64,000 bases of DNA from Candidatus Bathyarchaeota archaeon. Its GTDB lineage: Archaea; Thermoproteota; Bathyarchaeia; Bathyarchaeales; Bathycorpusculaceae. Position numbers and translations under genes: made by a program. Under the pieces are notes generated by a model, which worked only from the letters and a program-made list of their open reading frames with translations, was not told the origin of the DNA and made no database searches. The DNA lies in NCBI GenBank assembly GCA_963775895.1, contig CAVZKL010000011.1, forward strand, positions 50,873 to 114,872, in the 5' to 3' direction. Shown here in pieces: positions 10,422 through 21,127 of the stretch (its first letter is position 1; each line of letters begins with the position of its first letter).

Positions 10422-11327
10422 ATGGCTTGGATGTGTGACAAAGAAATCAAAAGAGAACTGCCTGAAGAATGGAACGATATAGTTCCGACCAATGTTTTCA
10501 TCCAGGAATCCGAAAGACTAGTTGAACATGCCAAGGAGAAAGGTATAACTTTAAGGGTCGTGGGCGGTCTAGGCATAGCGATAAAATGCAAAGACTTCAG
10601 GGATTTTGGGGCAAGGCTTGGAAGAGTGGGAACAGGCACCACGCAACAGGAATACAGTGACATAGACTTGGTTTCGTATAGGAAGCACAGAGATCAGGTC
10701 AAGTCCTTGTTTAATGAGATGGGATATGGAAAGCGAAGAGCGACACTCTCATCTGCAGCATCTGAAAGGCAAATCTACTACCATCCGAAAGGCTGGTTCT
10801 GCGTGGACGTTTTCTTTGATAAGCTGATAGTTGCAAACCACCCAATAGACTTCGTTGGGCGCCTCGAGCTAGACTATCCGACGATTACAGCAACCGATGC
10901 TCTTCTTGAAAAAATTCAGATGTGGGAGGCCTTCAGCGCCAAGGACCTTAAGGATTGTCTGCTTCTGCTCAAGTCATGCCAAGTCAAAGAAGAAAAAGGC
11001 ATCGACGTGAATTACGTTGCGAAACTGCTTTCTTCAGATTGGGGGTTCTGGTTCACCGCGACGAGTAACCTCAAGAAAATTCAGAGATTTGTCTCTGAAC
11101 TGGAAAACTTTGGCGCTGAAGCGGGGATAGATCCTGGAAAGATTTCGAGTGACGATAGAAAAGAGATCGGGGGTAAGGTTGAAGAGCTTTTGAAAGCAAT
11201 TGAAGAAGAGCCGAAGTCTTTCGGGTGGAAAATGAGGGCTAAGGTAGGTACAAACAGGAGATGGTACAACCCTGTTGAAAGACCTGATACTGTTGGTGGC
11301 TTCGGAATTTGGGAAGCTATCAAATGA
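10422..11327 (+). CDS. Uncharacterised Pol-beta/DUF1814-like nucleotidyltransferase (paralog 2)
   Basis: VVGGLG...YSDIDL, VDVFFD, LEKIQ, KDLKD, DWGFW, KSFGWKMRAKVG...WYNPVE. Confidence 0.75.
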   Translation: MAWMCDKEIKRELPEEWNDIVPTNVFIQESERLVEHAKEKGITLRVVGGLGIAIKCKDFRDFGARLGRVGTGTTQQEYSDIDLVSYRKHRDQVKSLFNEMGYGKRRATLSSAASERQIYYHPKGWFCVDVFFDKLIVANHPIDFVGRLELDYPTITATDALLEKIQMWEAFSAKDLKDCLLLLKSCQVKEEKGIDVNYVAKLLSSDWGFWFTATSNLKKIQRFVSELENFGAEAGIDPGKISSDDRKEIGGKVEELLKAIEEEPKSFGWKMRAKVGTNRRWYNPVERPDTVGGFGIWEAIK

Positions 11328-11400
11328 AATCTGGCGCGCGCAGTGTGGGAAAAGCACTTTAGCCAAATCAGACGAGAATAGTCGCTGGGAGTAGACTCCC

Positions 11401-12378
11401 TTGTTTGAAGATCCGCTAATCAACGTACTAATCCTCATCGTTTCTTTGGTGGTTTTGGATCGGGCGAGCGACCTGACGATTACCAACGCCGTGAAGATTT
11501 CGGATGCAACAGGATATGGAAAGACAAAAATAGGGTTTGTCCTTGTTGCTTTTTGCTCATCCCTGCCTGCACTTTCCGTGTCGATCATTGCCTCTCTGAC
11601 AGGAAGGCTCGACGTAGCCGTCGGGAACGCTGTTGGGTCAGACCTAGCGAACATATCACTGATACTCGGTTTCTGCCTTATCCTGACGGCTCTCAGAAAG
11701 TTAGAAAAGACGCGACCTCTCAGTTTCATGTCTCGGGAAGAGCTCCTGAGTTTGTATTTTGGTCTATTCGTGGGATCGGTTGTCCCTCTGACCCTCATCT
11801 ACATGGGATTTGCAAACAGGCTCGTGGGTGTATTCTTGCTTGCAGTTTTCCTTGCCTACACTTACCAACTTCTCGCGCGGAAAAATGTTCGTGAAAAACA
11901 GCTTTCGGAAGCTGAACCTAAATCGGACACGCGCAAATCCACGTTTTTGGCGATCTTGAGCGGAATTTTCATAGTTGTGGCTGCTTATTTCATGGTTGAC
12001 TCTGCCTCGGCCATAGCGGAATACGTGCACATAAACCGAGTCATAATAGGCGGCACTATCGTGGCCTTTGGCACAAGCGTGTCAGTGTTGTTGGCAAGCG
12101 TCCGAGCTGTCCTGAGAGGACATCCTGATGTATCGTTGGGAAACATTGTCGGAACGCTTTTCATGAACACGGCTCTCATTCTGGGCGTCTCGTTTGCAGT
12201 TTGGGAGTCAAACGCCGACATGACTGCCTACTCTAACCTTTTCATGTTCTCCGTCATAGCCAACATGTTCGTATGGTTCTTCTTGTCCCGTGAAAAGCTG
12301 GGCTGGAAGGAAGGAGTGGTTCTAGTCCTAATGTACGCTGTTTTCTTAGTAATGAGCTTTGGCGGCTACAGGCCCTGA
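11401..12378 (+). CDS. Na+/Ca2+ (cation/Ca2+) antiporter, YrbG-like
   Basis: Two alpha repeats (AFCSSLP..GNAVGS; AFGTSV..GNIVG), about 10 TM segments. Confidence 0.88.
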   Translation: MFEDPLINVLILIVSLVVLDRASDLTITNAVKISDATGYGKTKIGFVLVAFCSSLPALSVSIIASLTGRLDVAVGNAVGSDLANISLILGFCLILTALRKLEKTRPLSFMSREELLSLYFGLFVGSVVPLTLIYMGFANRLVGVFLLAVFLAYTYQLLARKNVREKQLSEAEPKSDTRKSTFLAILSGIFIVVAAYFMVDSASAIAEYVHINRVIIGGTIVAFGTSVSVLLASVRAVLRGHPDVSLGNIVGTLFMNTALILGVSFAVWESNADMTAYSNLFMFSVIANMFVWFFLSREKLGWKEGVVLVLMYAVFLVMSFGGYRP

Positions 12379-12521
12379 AATGCGCTTAGCGCGCGCGAGA
12401 GAGCACAGATTTGTACTTTCTGCAAGCATTATCATAGGTCCTCAGATGGTAGCATGCGCAGTCCCTTGAATTATTCGAGTGCTGTCCAAGGGCTTTTCTT
12501 CTGACGAGTCTGCCCAATGCG

Positions 12522-12764
12522 CTACTTTCCTCTTAGAAGGAATAATACTACCAAGATAACTGCGGTCACTGCAATGGGGAGCAGCGCCGCAATGCGCATG
12601 TTTCTTTGTCTCTTCTGCATTCTTGCATAATCATCTTTGCACTTGTCGCTGCAGAGCAGCTGAGTTTCAGGTATTGCCGCACCGCACATCATGCAGTGTG
12701 AGTGTTTCGGAATGTCGCTCGCTCGCTTTCGGACTGCCAATTTGACATTCTCCCAGTCATGCAA
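12522..12764 (-). CDS. DUF2116-type Zn-ribbon membrane protein
   Basis: IPKHSHCMMCGAAIP...CSDKC followed by a C-terminal TM helix. Confidence 0.75.
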   Translation of the reverse strand: MHDWENVKLAVRKRASDIPKHSHCMMCGAAIPETQLLCSDKCKDDYARMQKRQRNMRIAALLPIAVTAVILVVLFLLRGK

Positions 12765-12847
12765 CTTTTATCGTTCGTGGGGGCTTAAACGTTTGCTTTG
12801 TTATCCCAGGCGGGAAGTATTAAAAGCTGATTGGAACAAGTACGAGT

Positions 12848-13351
12848 ATGCTAGAATACGAATCTTTCTGCGTTTACGGGTTCAACACTGCGTATCCATC
12901 TACTTGGAAAGTTGAGTTTGATCCAAAGTCCGACCGGACGATGGGTAACGTTGCATTCAAGTCTCCCGAGAGGAACAATATTGTCTTAAGTTGGGGTCCT
13001 CTTGAAAGAGCCAAGAAAAAATACTCTTCCGTTGAGGAGCACGCCGAAGACTCCATTAAAGGAGTTAGGAAAAACCCGAGTGTAGCAAGAGTGGAGATCA
13101 TTCAAAAGAAAGAATTAGATATACCGCCACACAAGGCGATCTATTCCATTCTCAGAGTGGTCTTCGCATCCCCTAGCATGATACCGTTTAAGAAGGGAAA
13201 GGAAGATGTGTTGGAGATGCGATCAATCCATGTTCACTGCGAAGTTTCAGACCGCTACTACGTGATCTTTGGACAGATCGCCACGAGCAAATCTGAGGAA
13301 CATGGAGAAATTTTCAGCAAAATCACGGAATCCTTCAAATGCCACAGCTAA
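12848..13351 (+). CDS. Hypothetical protein (possibly PsbP/Mog1-like fold)
   Basis: 167-aa ORF with YPSTW near the N-terminus; fold call is tentative. Confidence 0.6.
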   Translation: MLEYESFCVYGFNTAYPSTWKVEFDPKSDRTMGNVAFKSPERNNIVLSWGPLERAKKKYSSVEEHAEDSIKGVRKNPSVARVEIIQKKELDIPPHKAIYSILRVVFASPSMIPFKKGKEDVLEMRSIHVHCEVSDRYYVIFGQIATSKSEEHGEIFSKITESFKCHS

Positions 13352-13567
13352 CGTCGCGCCCTACGGTCCTCGTCTCATCTGAAAGGTGAAACGACCTAGT
13401 ATGAAAATCCGCGCTCTGCAGGAAGGACTCAGTTCTGTTTTGGCGTGCGTGTGTTCTATTCTATACCTCTAATCAGAGATCCTGGTACTTTATTTGAAGA
13501 ATTGAAACATTGAAGCGAACGCGTTAGCTTTTTATCCAACCTTCACCATGTCCTTTCTTTCTTATAT

Positions 13568-13848
13568 GTGGAAAATGATACAATGGTCAAGGTTCTTTTT
13601 GACGTAAACGACAAAGACTGCATTGGCTGCGGCAACTGCGTTGTCGTGTGCAGAGCTCAATCCTACCTGCCTGAGACTATAGGAGGAAAGGGACCGGAGA
13701 AAATTGACGAAGTAGTATTTCGAGTGGAGGACGGAAAAGTGAAGGTGGTGAAGAAAGAGCTTTGCGAGCGATTCCAAGGCAAGGCTGCAGGGTCTGCATT
13801 GAATCCTGCCCCTTCGGATGCATCAAGATAGAAAACTTGGAAGAATGA
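13568..13848 (+). CDS. 2x[4Fe-4S] ferredoxin (frameshift near 13782)
   Basis: CIGCGNCVVVC, then in the shifted frame GCRVCIESCP...LEE-stop. Confidence 0.8.
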
Positions 13849-13851
13849 TCA

Positions 13852-15535
13852 ATGCAGCGCAATCAAATCCTAGTCAAGAACGGGTCCGTGTTCGACCCGC
13901 TCAATGGAATAAATTGCGAACAGATGGACATAGCAATTAAGAATGACAAGATAGTTGAGGAAAAAGAACTCGATCCACAAGAAGTCTTTATTATAGACGC
14001 GAATGGAATGTCGGTTTTCCCAGGAGGCATTGATGTCCATTCTCACATGGTAGGTCCAGTGATTAGTAACAGTCTCCAAATAGCTCCGAGAGACGTTCAG
14101 CGAACATTGAATCTGGAACAGATAGGGCAAACTTACGCAAGAATGGGATACACCATGGCAGTTGAACCATCGGTACCACCTCTGTTCGCGAAGCAAGCGG
14201 TGATGGAGCTTGAGGACATACCCATTATAGACAAGGCCTTCTACGCCCTTTTGGGCAACAACTGGTTGATGATGGAATATGTGAAAGAGGGTCTCCTTGA
14301 CAAACTATCGACGTATGTTTCATGGTTGCTAAGGAACGTAAAAGGCTTTGCAGTCAAACTGGCTAACCCTGGCGGAGGTGAATTATGGAGCTGGCATGGC
14401 GACCTTCAAGACTTGGATGATGTGGTTCCTTATTTTAACGTAACACCCAGGGAAATCATTGAAACAACCATGAAAGCCAACGAGCGAGTAGGTTTTCCAC
14501 ATTCCGTCCATCTGCATTGCAACAACACTCTTCGCCCAGGAAATGTCTCAACCACGCTCGACTCGCTCAAGATGGCTGATGCGGTTGAAGTCGGCAACGC
14601 CGAACGGAAGCAAACCATGCACATAGCCCATGCACAATACAATTGCTACGGAGGTGAGAACTGGGATTCAATCCAGTCCAGAGCCGAGGAAGTGGCTAAG
14701 GCTATCAATTCAACTGATAAAATCACAGCGGACCTGGGGCAGATAACGTTGGCAAACTGTTTTTGTATCACCTGATGGTTGCTTGACAGAACGCGTAGCA
14801 AAACTCTTCAAGGAAACGACTGTGACAAATTGCGAATTTGAACTTGAAGACACGTCCGGAGGAGTTAAGCTCACGTACTCGAAGGATGATCCAATAAGTC
14901 CGTTATTGTGGGCTACGGGTCTTGAACTCGCGTTGCTAATTCATGATCCTTGGAAATTATGTCTAACGTCAAACAGTCCGAGCGGTGGACTTTTCAGCAG
15001 ATACCCAGAAATCATTTCTTGGTTGATGAACAGAGAGGAAAGAGAGAAAATCCTCAAGGAAAGCGAACCCCTTTTACAAAAGAAATCATCGATCGCATCG
15101 CTAGATAGAGAGTACGACCTTCACGATATATGCGTCATAACTAGGGCTGGCCCTGCGAAGGCCTTGGGGATTTCGAAGATGAAGGGGCACCTAGGAATCG
15201 GAGCAGATGCGGATATCTCCATTTATAATCTCGCCCAAGAGAACCTAACCGCTCAATCTATTGTTAGAGCATTCTCCAACGCAGCGTACACCATCAAGTC
15301 AGGGAACATTGTGGTCAAGAACGGACAAGTCCTTCAAGACCGCAAGGGGCAAATTCTTTGGGCCAAAACTAGTTGCGACGAAAGTTTGGAGAAGGAAGTC
15401 CTTAAAGATTTGGATCTGATATTCAAGAGATTCTATTCTGTGAACCTCGACAATTTTTTGGTGAGAGACGATTACGTTCGGGAAGGAAGAGCAATCACGC
15501 CGAGCAGCTTGCGTCCGTTTGAGATGAAAGTATGA
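13852..15535 (+). CDS. fwdA: Formylmethanofuran dehydrogenase subunit A-like amidohydrolase (frameshift in T run near 14760)
   Basis: IDVHSH, KLANPGG, HLHCNN, HAQYNCYGG, GLELAL, TRAGPAK, GADADI; removing one T joins both ORFs (NCFVSPDG). Confidence 0.88.
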
Positions 15536-16839
15536 CGTCTCAGCGTTTGTTTAGAAACGTCGTTTGCGGTGGTTGCGGTTTGGCTTGTGACGACGTGGAG
15601 GTTTTGACCGACGGCGAGAGAATCTTGACCACAAGAAACGCATGTGTAGTTGGCGCACACAGATTCGGAATTTCCGTTCATCCGTCAAGATATCTGGCTC
15701 CTCTGATAAGGAATGAAAAAGGAGAAATGAAGGAGGTGTCCTTGACTGAGGCATTCAAGAAGGCTGCTGACATCCTTCTGGAATCTAAACATCCCCTTCT
15801 CTACGGATGGAGTTCAACCACTTGCGAAACGCAAAGGTTGGGCATTCAGCTAGCCAAACAATTGAAGGGAGTTATAGATGGGTCGTCCTCTGTTTCCTAC
15901 GGGGCTACATTAAAGGCGACAAGTAAGTGTGGGCTGTTTACAAGTACATTAGGTCAGGTTAAGAACAGAGCAAACCTGATAATCTTCTGGGGATGCAACG
16001 CTATGGATTCACACCCAAGGCAACTAAGCCGATGCGCGGAGTTTCCCGTAGGCTTCTTCAATCAAGGGAGAGCCGATAGGAAGGTTACGGTTATAGATGT
16101 AGGAGAAACCGAAACATCAAAGCTGGCCGATCGGTTCATAAAAATCGAACCGGAAACGGATTGTGAACTCCTAGCAGCCCTTCGCCTCGCCCTTAAAGAT
16201 GAGAAAATCCCTGAAACTGTGGCTGGTGTTAATGCTAAGGAAATCAGCGACTTGGCCGAAGAAATGAAGAAAGCGTCTTTTGGAGTCATATTCTTCGGCA
16301 CCGATCCAACAGCAAGCAACAGAAACCACTTCGAAAAAGAACATCTAATCTCTCTCGTAAGAGAATTGAACCAAATTACGAAATTCGTTGCGATAGGAAT
16401 GAGAAACCATTTCAACGAAGCGGGACTCTCTACAATGTTGCTTCGGGAAACCGGTTTCCAGTTTGGAGTGGACTTTGGCAACCGGACTGGCCAGTCATTT
16501 TCTGGTGAGACCACAGCAGCAGATGTACTTGCGCAGGGATCATGTGACGCTGCACTGATAATGTCATCTGATCCTTTTTCGAGCCTTCCGTTAGACGCGG
16601 CGAGGCAATTAACGAAGATTCCACTCATCGTAATTGAACCACACTGGACTCCAACGGCACAGTTGGCTGATGTTGTTATTCCAAGTGCCATAAGCGGAAT
16701 AGAGGCAGAAGGAACGGTGTACAGAATGGATGGTGTGCCGCTGCGTTTGAAGAAGGTAGTTAATCCCCCGAGAAATTGTCTATCTGATGAAATGATATTG
16801 CAGAATATCTTGAAGGAGGTATGCGCGCGCGCTCACTAA
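15532..16839 (+). CDS. fwdB: Formylmethanofuran dehydrogenase subunit B-like protein, divergent active site
   Basis: CGGCGLACDD, YGWSST, TLGQVKNRA, WGCN..HPR, GIEAEGTVYRMDGVP. Confidence 0.85.
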   Translation: MTSQRLFRNVVCGGCGLACDDVEVLTDGERILTTRNACVVGAHRFGISVHPSRYLAPLIRNEKGEMKEVSLTEAFKKAADILLESKHPLLYGWSSTTCETQRLGIQLAKQLKGVIDGSSSVSYGATLKATSKCGLFTSTLGQVKNRANLIIFWGCNAMDSHPRQLSRCAEFPVGFFNQGRADRKVTVIDVGETETSKLADRFIKIEPETDCELLAALRLALKDEKIPETVAGVNAKEISDLAEEMKKASFGVIFFGTDPTASNRNHFEKEHLISLVRELNQITKFVAIGMRNHFNEAGLSTMLLRETGFQFGVDFGNRTGQSFSGETTAADVLAQGSCDAALIMSSDPFSSLPLDAARQLTKIPLIVIEPHWTPTAQLADVVIPSAISGIEAEGTVYRMDGVPLRLKKVVNPPRNCLSDEMILQNILKEVCARAH

Positions 16840-16927
16840 TTGAGGGAAAATTCGTGGAAAAGAAAAGTTTCCGTTCGAAATCAATAAGGATTGATTTGAT
16901 TTCAACGATCGCGAAAGTGGTGGAGGA

Positions 16928-17566
16928 GTGAGACAAGTGAAAAGCTCGAAACCAGAACAGAGACAATTCGTTTCAGTTGACTCTGAAAAATGTATAGGTT
17001 GTGGTCTCTGCGAATACGTTTGCGCGCTAGAGAAGGAAGGGTTCCCGGACCTTTCGAGATCAAGAATCAGAGTCGTACGTTTAAATCCATGGATAAATTT
17101 CGCAATGGCCTGTAAGTTCTGTGAGGAAGCTCCATGCGTAAAAGCCTGTTCTCGAGGAGCTTTGAAGCAGTCCGAAAAAGGCGGCATCATCATTGTTGAC
17201 GATGCTAAATGTGACGCATGCTGCTGGTGCCTCCAAGCCTGCCCTTACGGCGGCATCGTATTGCATCCTGAGCAGAAGGTTGTGGCGTGTGATCTATGTG
17301 ATGGAAAGCCAAAATGTGTCGAGTTTTGCCCAGAAAAAGCACTGGAGCTTACAACCAACGACGCAGACTCCAGAAGAATGTTGGTTGCATCTATTGAGAA
17401 ATTGCCCTCGAAGATTGAGAAATTAAACAGTCTAATCAAAAAGAGAGACTGGACGGAGATGTTCGAAGAAGCCGAGGAAAAGGCTAAGAGACTGGAAGAG
17501 AAGCTCGACGCGATAAATAAGAGAGAAGCAGAAATTAAACGCGAAAACCAACCAAAGACCAAGTAG
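16928..17566 (+). CDS. 4x[4Fe-4S] electron-transfer protein (HydN/CooF-like) with coiled-coil tail
   Basis: CIGCGLCEYVC, CKFCEEAPC, CDACCWCLQAC, CDLCDGKPKC. Confidence 0.88.
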   Translation: MRQVKSSKPEQRQFVSVDSEKCIGCGLCEYVCALEKEGFPDLSRSRIRVVRLNPWINFAMACKFCEEAPCVKACSRGALKQSEKGGIIIVDDAKCDACCWCLQACPYGGIVLHPEQKVVACDLCDGKPKCVEFCPEKALELTTNDADSRRMLVASIEKLPSKIEKLNSLIKKRDWTEMFEEAEEKAKRLEEKLDAINKREAEIKRENQPKTK

Positions 17567-17799
17567 AAGCTTTGTGAATGAAGATCGTCTGCGCAACGCA
17601 ACACTCATTCGCTATTTTTAAGGAGGCGCACTCGTTGCGTCTTCTTTGTGTTGTTTCTTTTCATCCTCTTCCAGAATCTCTAGGCATGTCCTTTTAGCAG
17701 CTCGTGCACGCGCCTGTGCCTGTGCACGGCGATTCAGCCGCAAAAACTTCAAATTCCTTTAACCCCCTATGACTAATCATTAGCCTTTGATGACTGCAT

Positions 17800-19343
17800 T
17801 TATTCTATTTGTCTCTTATAAGACATATCCAGCAGTTGTGCCAAATGCAACACACGTATTCCCTTTGCGCCTTTCAGCTTAAGGGCTGACGATATCTGCG
17901 TAACGCATCGCGGGCATGCCGTAATCACCGCGTCGACATCCAGTTTTTTAATCATTTTGGCCTTCCTGCTAGCTATTTTGTAGCTCAATTTTGGGTTCAG
18001 CATTTTGAGCGTGCCTCCGCAACACCTATCTGCTTCATCCATTTCAATCAGTTTCACGCCAGGGATGCTCTCAATGATCTTCCTCGGTTCGGCCGATATC
18101 TTCAGGCCACGATTGAGGTCACATGGATCATGATACGTGACCTTCAAATTCAACTCGCCCATCGTATCAGTCACTAGGCGTTGTTTCAGAAGAAATTCAC
18201 TGAAATCAAATACCTGTAACTTGTAGTCGATTCCCAACTCTTTACACAGTCGTGGATACCAGTTTCTCAAAGTGCTGGTGCATCCAGCGCACAGACTGAC
18301 CGTTTTTGGAGAATCTTCGAAGGCCTGCAAGTTTTGTTTCAGTAAATGCTTTTGGACTAGATCCACTTGCCCTAATCTGATGAACGGTAGACCACAACAC
18401 ACCTGCTGTTTTGGCAGAGAGATTTCTATTTGATTTGACTTCAACACGTTAACGGCCGATTCGCACATGCCGTGAAGACGGAAGTCATAGTCCAAGAGAC
18501 ACCCCAGGAAAAGGCCCACTTGATCTCTGGGATTATCGACTTCAACCTTGGAGCCTACTTTGCTGAGGAATGGGCTCTTGTTGGGTTTGACGAAAGATTT
18601 ACCCGTGGCTTCTATCAGCCCTTCTAGTTCTGCGACTTCTTTCACTGGCGCAATATTTCGCTCTATTGCCATGCGACGCATCGGCATCATAATCATATTG
18701 GGTACATCTATCTCGTACGGACAGACTGCCGCGCATTTACCACACATAGTGCAGTTGAAAAGCCCCTCTTCAGAAGCCGTTCTAAGTCTGTCACCACCGT
18801 CTCTAGGATCAAATGCGCGCCTTGCAATTTCGGTCATCAAAGCAGGACCAGCAAATGAGTTCTTTCCCTCAGTGTATGAGGGACACGTGGATGTGCAAGA
18901 TAGGCAACTTATGCAACGACTTACGATCCTGAATGTTGAAAAGTCGGCTGGACGCAGCTCTTCAGGTTCCTTTTCTAGAACCTTTTTTCGTTCGAGAAAA
19001 GCCGAATTCTAGTAAGCTCGTTCAGAATCATCGTGCGATCCACAACCAAATCTCTCACTACGGATACGTTCGACAACGGGTTCAGGACCATCCTCTCTTG
19101 AGCTAGGGTCCTGCAAACCAGAGCTGGTTCTCCATTTACTTCTATCGCACACGACCCGCAGAACCCGTATCTGCACTCATAGTTGAATGCAAGTGTCGAA
19201 TCGCAGTTTTGCCTTATGTACATCAGTGCATCGAGCACGGTCATGCCCTTTTGATAGGGGAACTTGTACGTCTCGTACCTTGGATTTGAACTTTCCTCGG
19301 GATTATACCTGTAAATCGTGACCTTCGCTTCTTTCTCGTCCAT
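17800..19343 (-). CDS. TfrB-like Fe-S subunit (SdhB domains + CCG domains); frameshift near 18990
   Basis: CRYGFCGSC, CISCLSCTSTC, CTMCGKCAAVC, CCG motifs, YHDPC, TACPRC. Confidence 0.85.
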
Positions 19344-19353
19344 CTTTCACACC

Positions 19354-21048
19354 TTAGGGCTTGGCCTCACGTAAGTCGACTGAACATGTAGTCAATTTCA
19401 TCTCACCATTTTCCAGCGCTATGACAATGTGCTTGAGCCATTTGTCGTCATTTCTCTCCGGGTGATCCTTCCGGAAATGAGCCCCACGGGATTCATCTCT
19501 CAAAAGAGCAGCCTTGATGACCATTTCTGCGACAGATACCATGTTTTGAACCTCTAAAGCGTCAATCCAATCCATGTTGTACCTCATCGTGGACAAGGGA
19601 ACTGAGACGTTTGCGAGAGAGGATTTGAGTGATTCAATGTCGCTGAGCGCTTGCTTCAGCCCCTCGCCATCCCTGATCAGACCTGCATAGGTCCACATGA
19701 TGTTTTTTAGCTTCATCTTTGCGTCGTACGGTCTGACGTTCCCTTTGGCTCCGAGTAATCCGTAAACCCTCGCATATTCCTCTTTTGCTTGTTCACCGTC
19801 TATTGGGGCCGCCTGTTCCAATTTTGCAGCATATTCCGCAGCGTATTTTCCAGCACGGGCTCCAGAGACAAGTGTATCTGTTAGGCTGTTTTGACTGAGC
19901 CTGTTGGCTCCATGGACTCCCCCCACTGTCTCTCCAGCTGCGAAGAGTCCAGGAACAGTTGTCTCCCACTTTTCATTCACTTTCATCCCGCCCATAAAAT
20001 AGTGGCACGTCGGCGAAACTTCCAGCATCTTCTCCTCAGGGTTAATGCCCAATTTCACGCAAAGCGTGTGAACCAGCGGTAACGTAGTCTTTACGACGCC
20101 TGGTGGATTGAAAGTCATGTCACAGTAGACTCCTCCCCTCTCTGTTTTTCGACCATCTTGAATCTCTTTGTAAACTCCCCTACAGATTATATCTCTAGTC
20201 GATTGTTCAAGCCGACTGGCGTCGTATCTTTCCATCAACCGTTCGCCTTTGTTGTTAAGTAGATGGCAGACGTACAATGCTCCTACAATCAACCCTCTGA
20301 GCGCCTCTGGATATAGCAAACCGAGGGGGTAAAACTGGACAAATTCCATATCTACGAGCTGAGCTCCAGCCTTCAACGCCAAGGCGAACCCGTCTCCAGT
20401 GTTTCGTATCGGCTGTGAGGTGGTGGGATATAATTGGCCTGCACCGCCAGTGGCTAAAACTGTGGCTTTTGACTTGAATAGGATGAAACGCCCTGTGTTA
20501 ATGTTGACCGTAGTTGCACCCACGATTGAGCCGTTGGCCATTAACAACTTGGTAACAATAGTATTCTCGAAAATCTGTACATTATTCCGTCTAAGCGCCT
20601 CTCCTTTCATTGCTTTCAGCATCTCATGCCCTGGCCGATCTTCCATGTAAGGAGACCTGTGATGACTGTGGCCGCCATCTATGCGCAGTAAGTAGTTTTT
20701 CCCATCATCCGTTCTCTCCAAAAAAGCGCCATATCGCTCTAATTCCACTATTCGTTGGTCTGCCTCGTCGACGAATATTCTGACTAGGTTCTGCTCATTA
20801 AGGTAGGCTCCACCTTTGACTGTGTCAAGAAAATGAACATCCTTGCTGTCACCAGCTTCATGCCACGAGCCAACACCAGCCATGGCTCCCATAGCCATAG
20901 GGGTAGACCCGCTGCTTCCTAGAATTCCTTTGAGAACCAAGACAGTTGAGACTCCAGAGTTACTGGCCTCGATTAAGGCTCTTAGGCCAGCTCCTCCGCC
21001 TCCAACCACAAAAACATCCGTTTCAATAAGTTCCAATACACAACCCAC
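19354..21048 (-). CDS. Fumarate reductase/succinate dehydrogenase flavoprotein family (TfrA-like, non-covalent FAD)
   Basis: GGGGAG, LATGGAG, NTGDG, HYFMGG, HGANRL, ESRGAHFR. Confidence 0.9.
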   Translation of the reverse strand: MGCVLELIETDVFVVGGGGAGLRALIEASNSGVSTVLVLKGILGSSGSTPMAMGAMAGVGSWHEAGDSKDVHFLDTVKGGAYLNEQNLVRIFVDEADQRIVELERYGAFLERTDDGKNYLLRIDGGHSHHRSPYMEDRPGHEMLKAMKGEALRRNNVQIFENTIVTKLLMANGSIVGATTVNINTGRFILFKSKATVLATGGAGQLYPTTSQPIRNTGDGFALALKAGAQLVDMEFVQFYPLGLLYPEALRGLIVGALYVCHLLNNKGERLMERYDASRLEQSTRDIICRGVYKEIQDGRKTERGGVYCDMTFNPPGVVKTTLPLVHTLCVKLGINPEEKMLEVSPTCHYFMGGMKVNEKWETTVPGLFAAGETVGGVHGANRLSQNSLTDTLVSGARAGKYAAEYAAKLEQAAPIDGEQAKEEYARVYGLLGAKGNVRPYDAKMKLKNIMWTYAGLIRDGEGLKQALSDIESLKSSLANVSVPLSTMRYNMDWIDALEVQNMVSVAEMVIKAALLRDESRGAHFRKDHPERNDDKWLKHIVIALENGEMKLTTCSVDLREAKP

Positions 21049-21127
21049 TTAAGAAGTGAAAACAGCCGAAACTTTGTTTAAATAGATTTCGTTTATCAGC
21101 TCTGAAAAGTTTTGCTTCGTCATTGCA

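Noticed and set aside
5531-11327. CBASS or type IV toxin-antitoxin defence locus
   Set aside because: No CD-NTase accessory genes, recognisable effectors or AbiEi antitoxin; the context is transport and catabolism. Not fully excluded.
14773-14775. TGA in fwdA as a selenocysteine codon
   Set aside because: The downstream half is in another frame; removing one T from the preceding run restores the frame and removes the stop.
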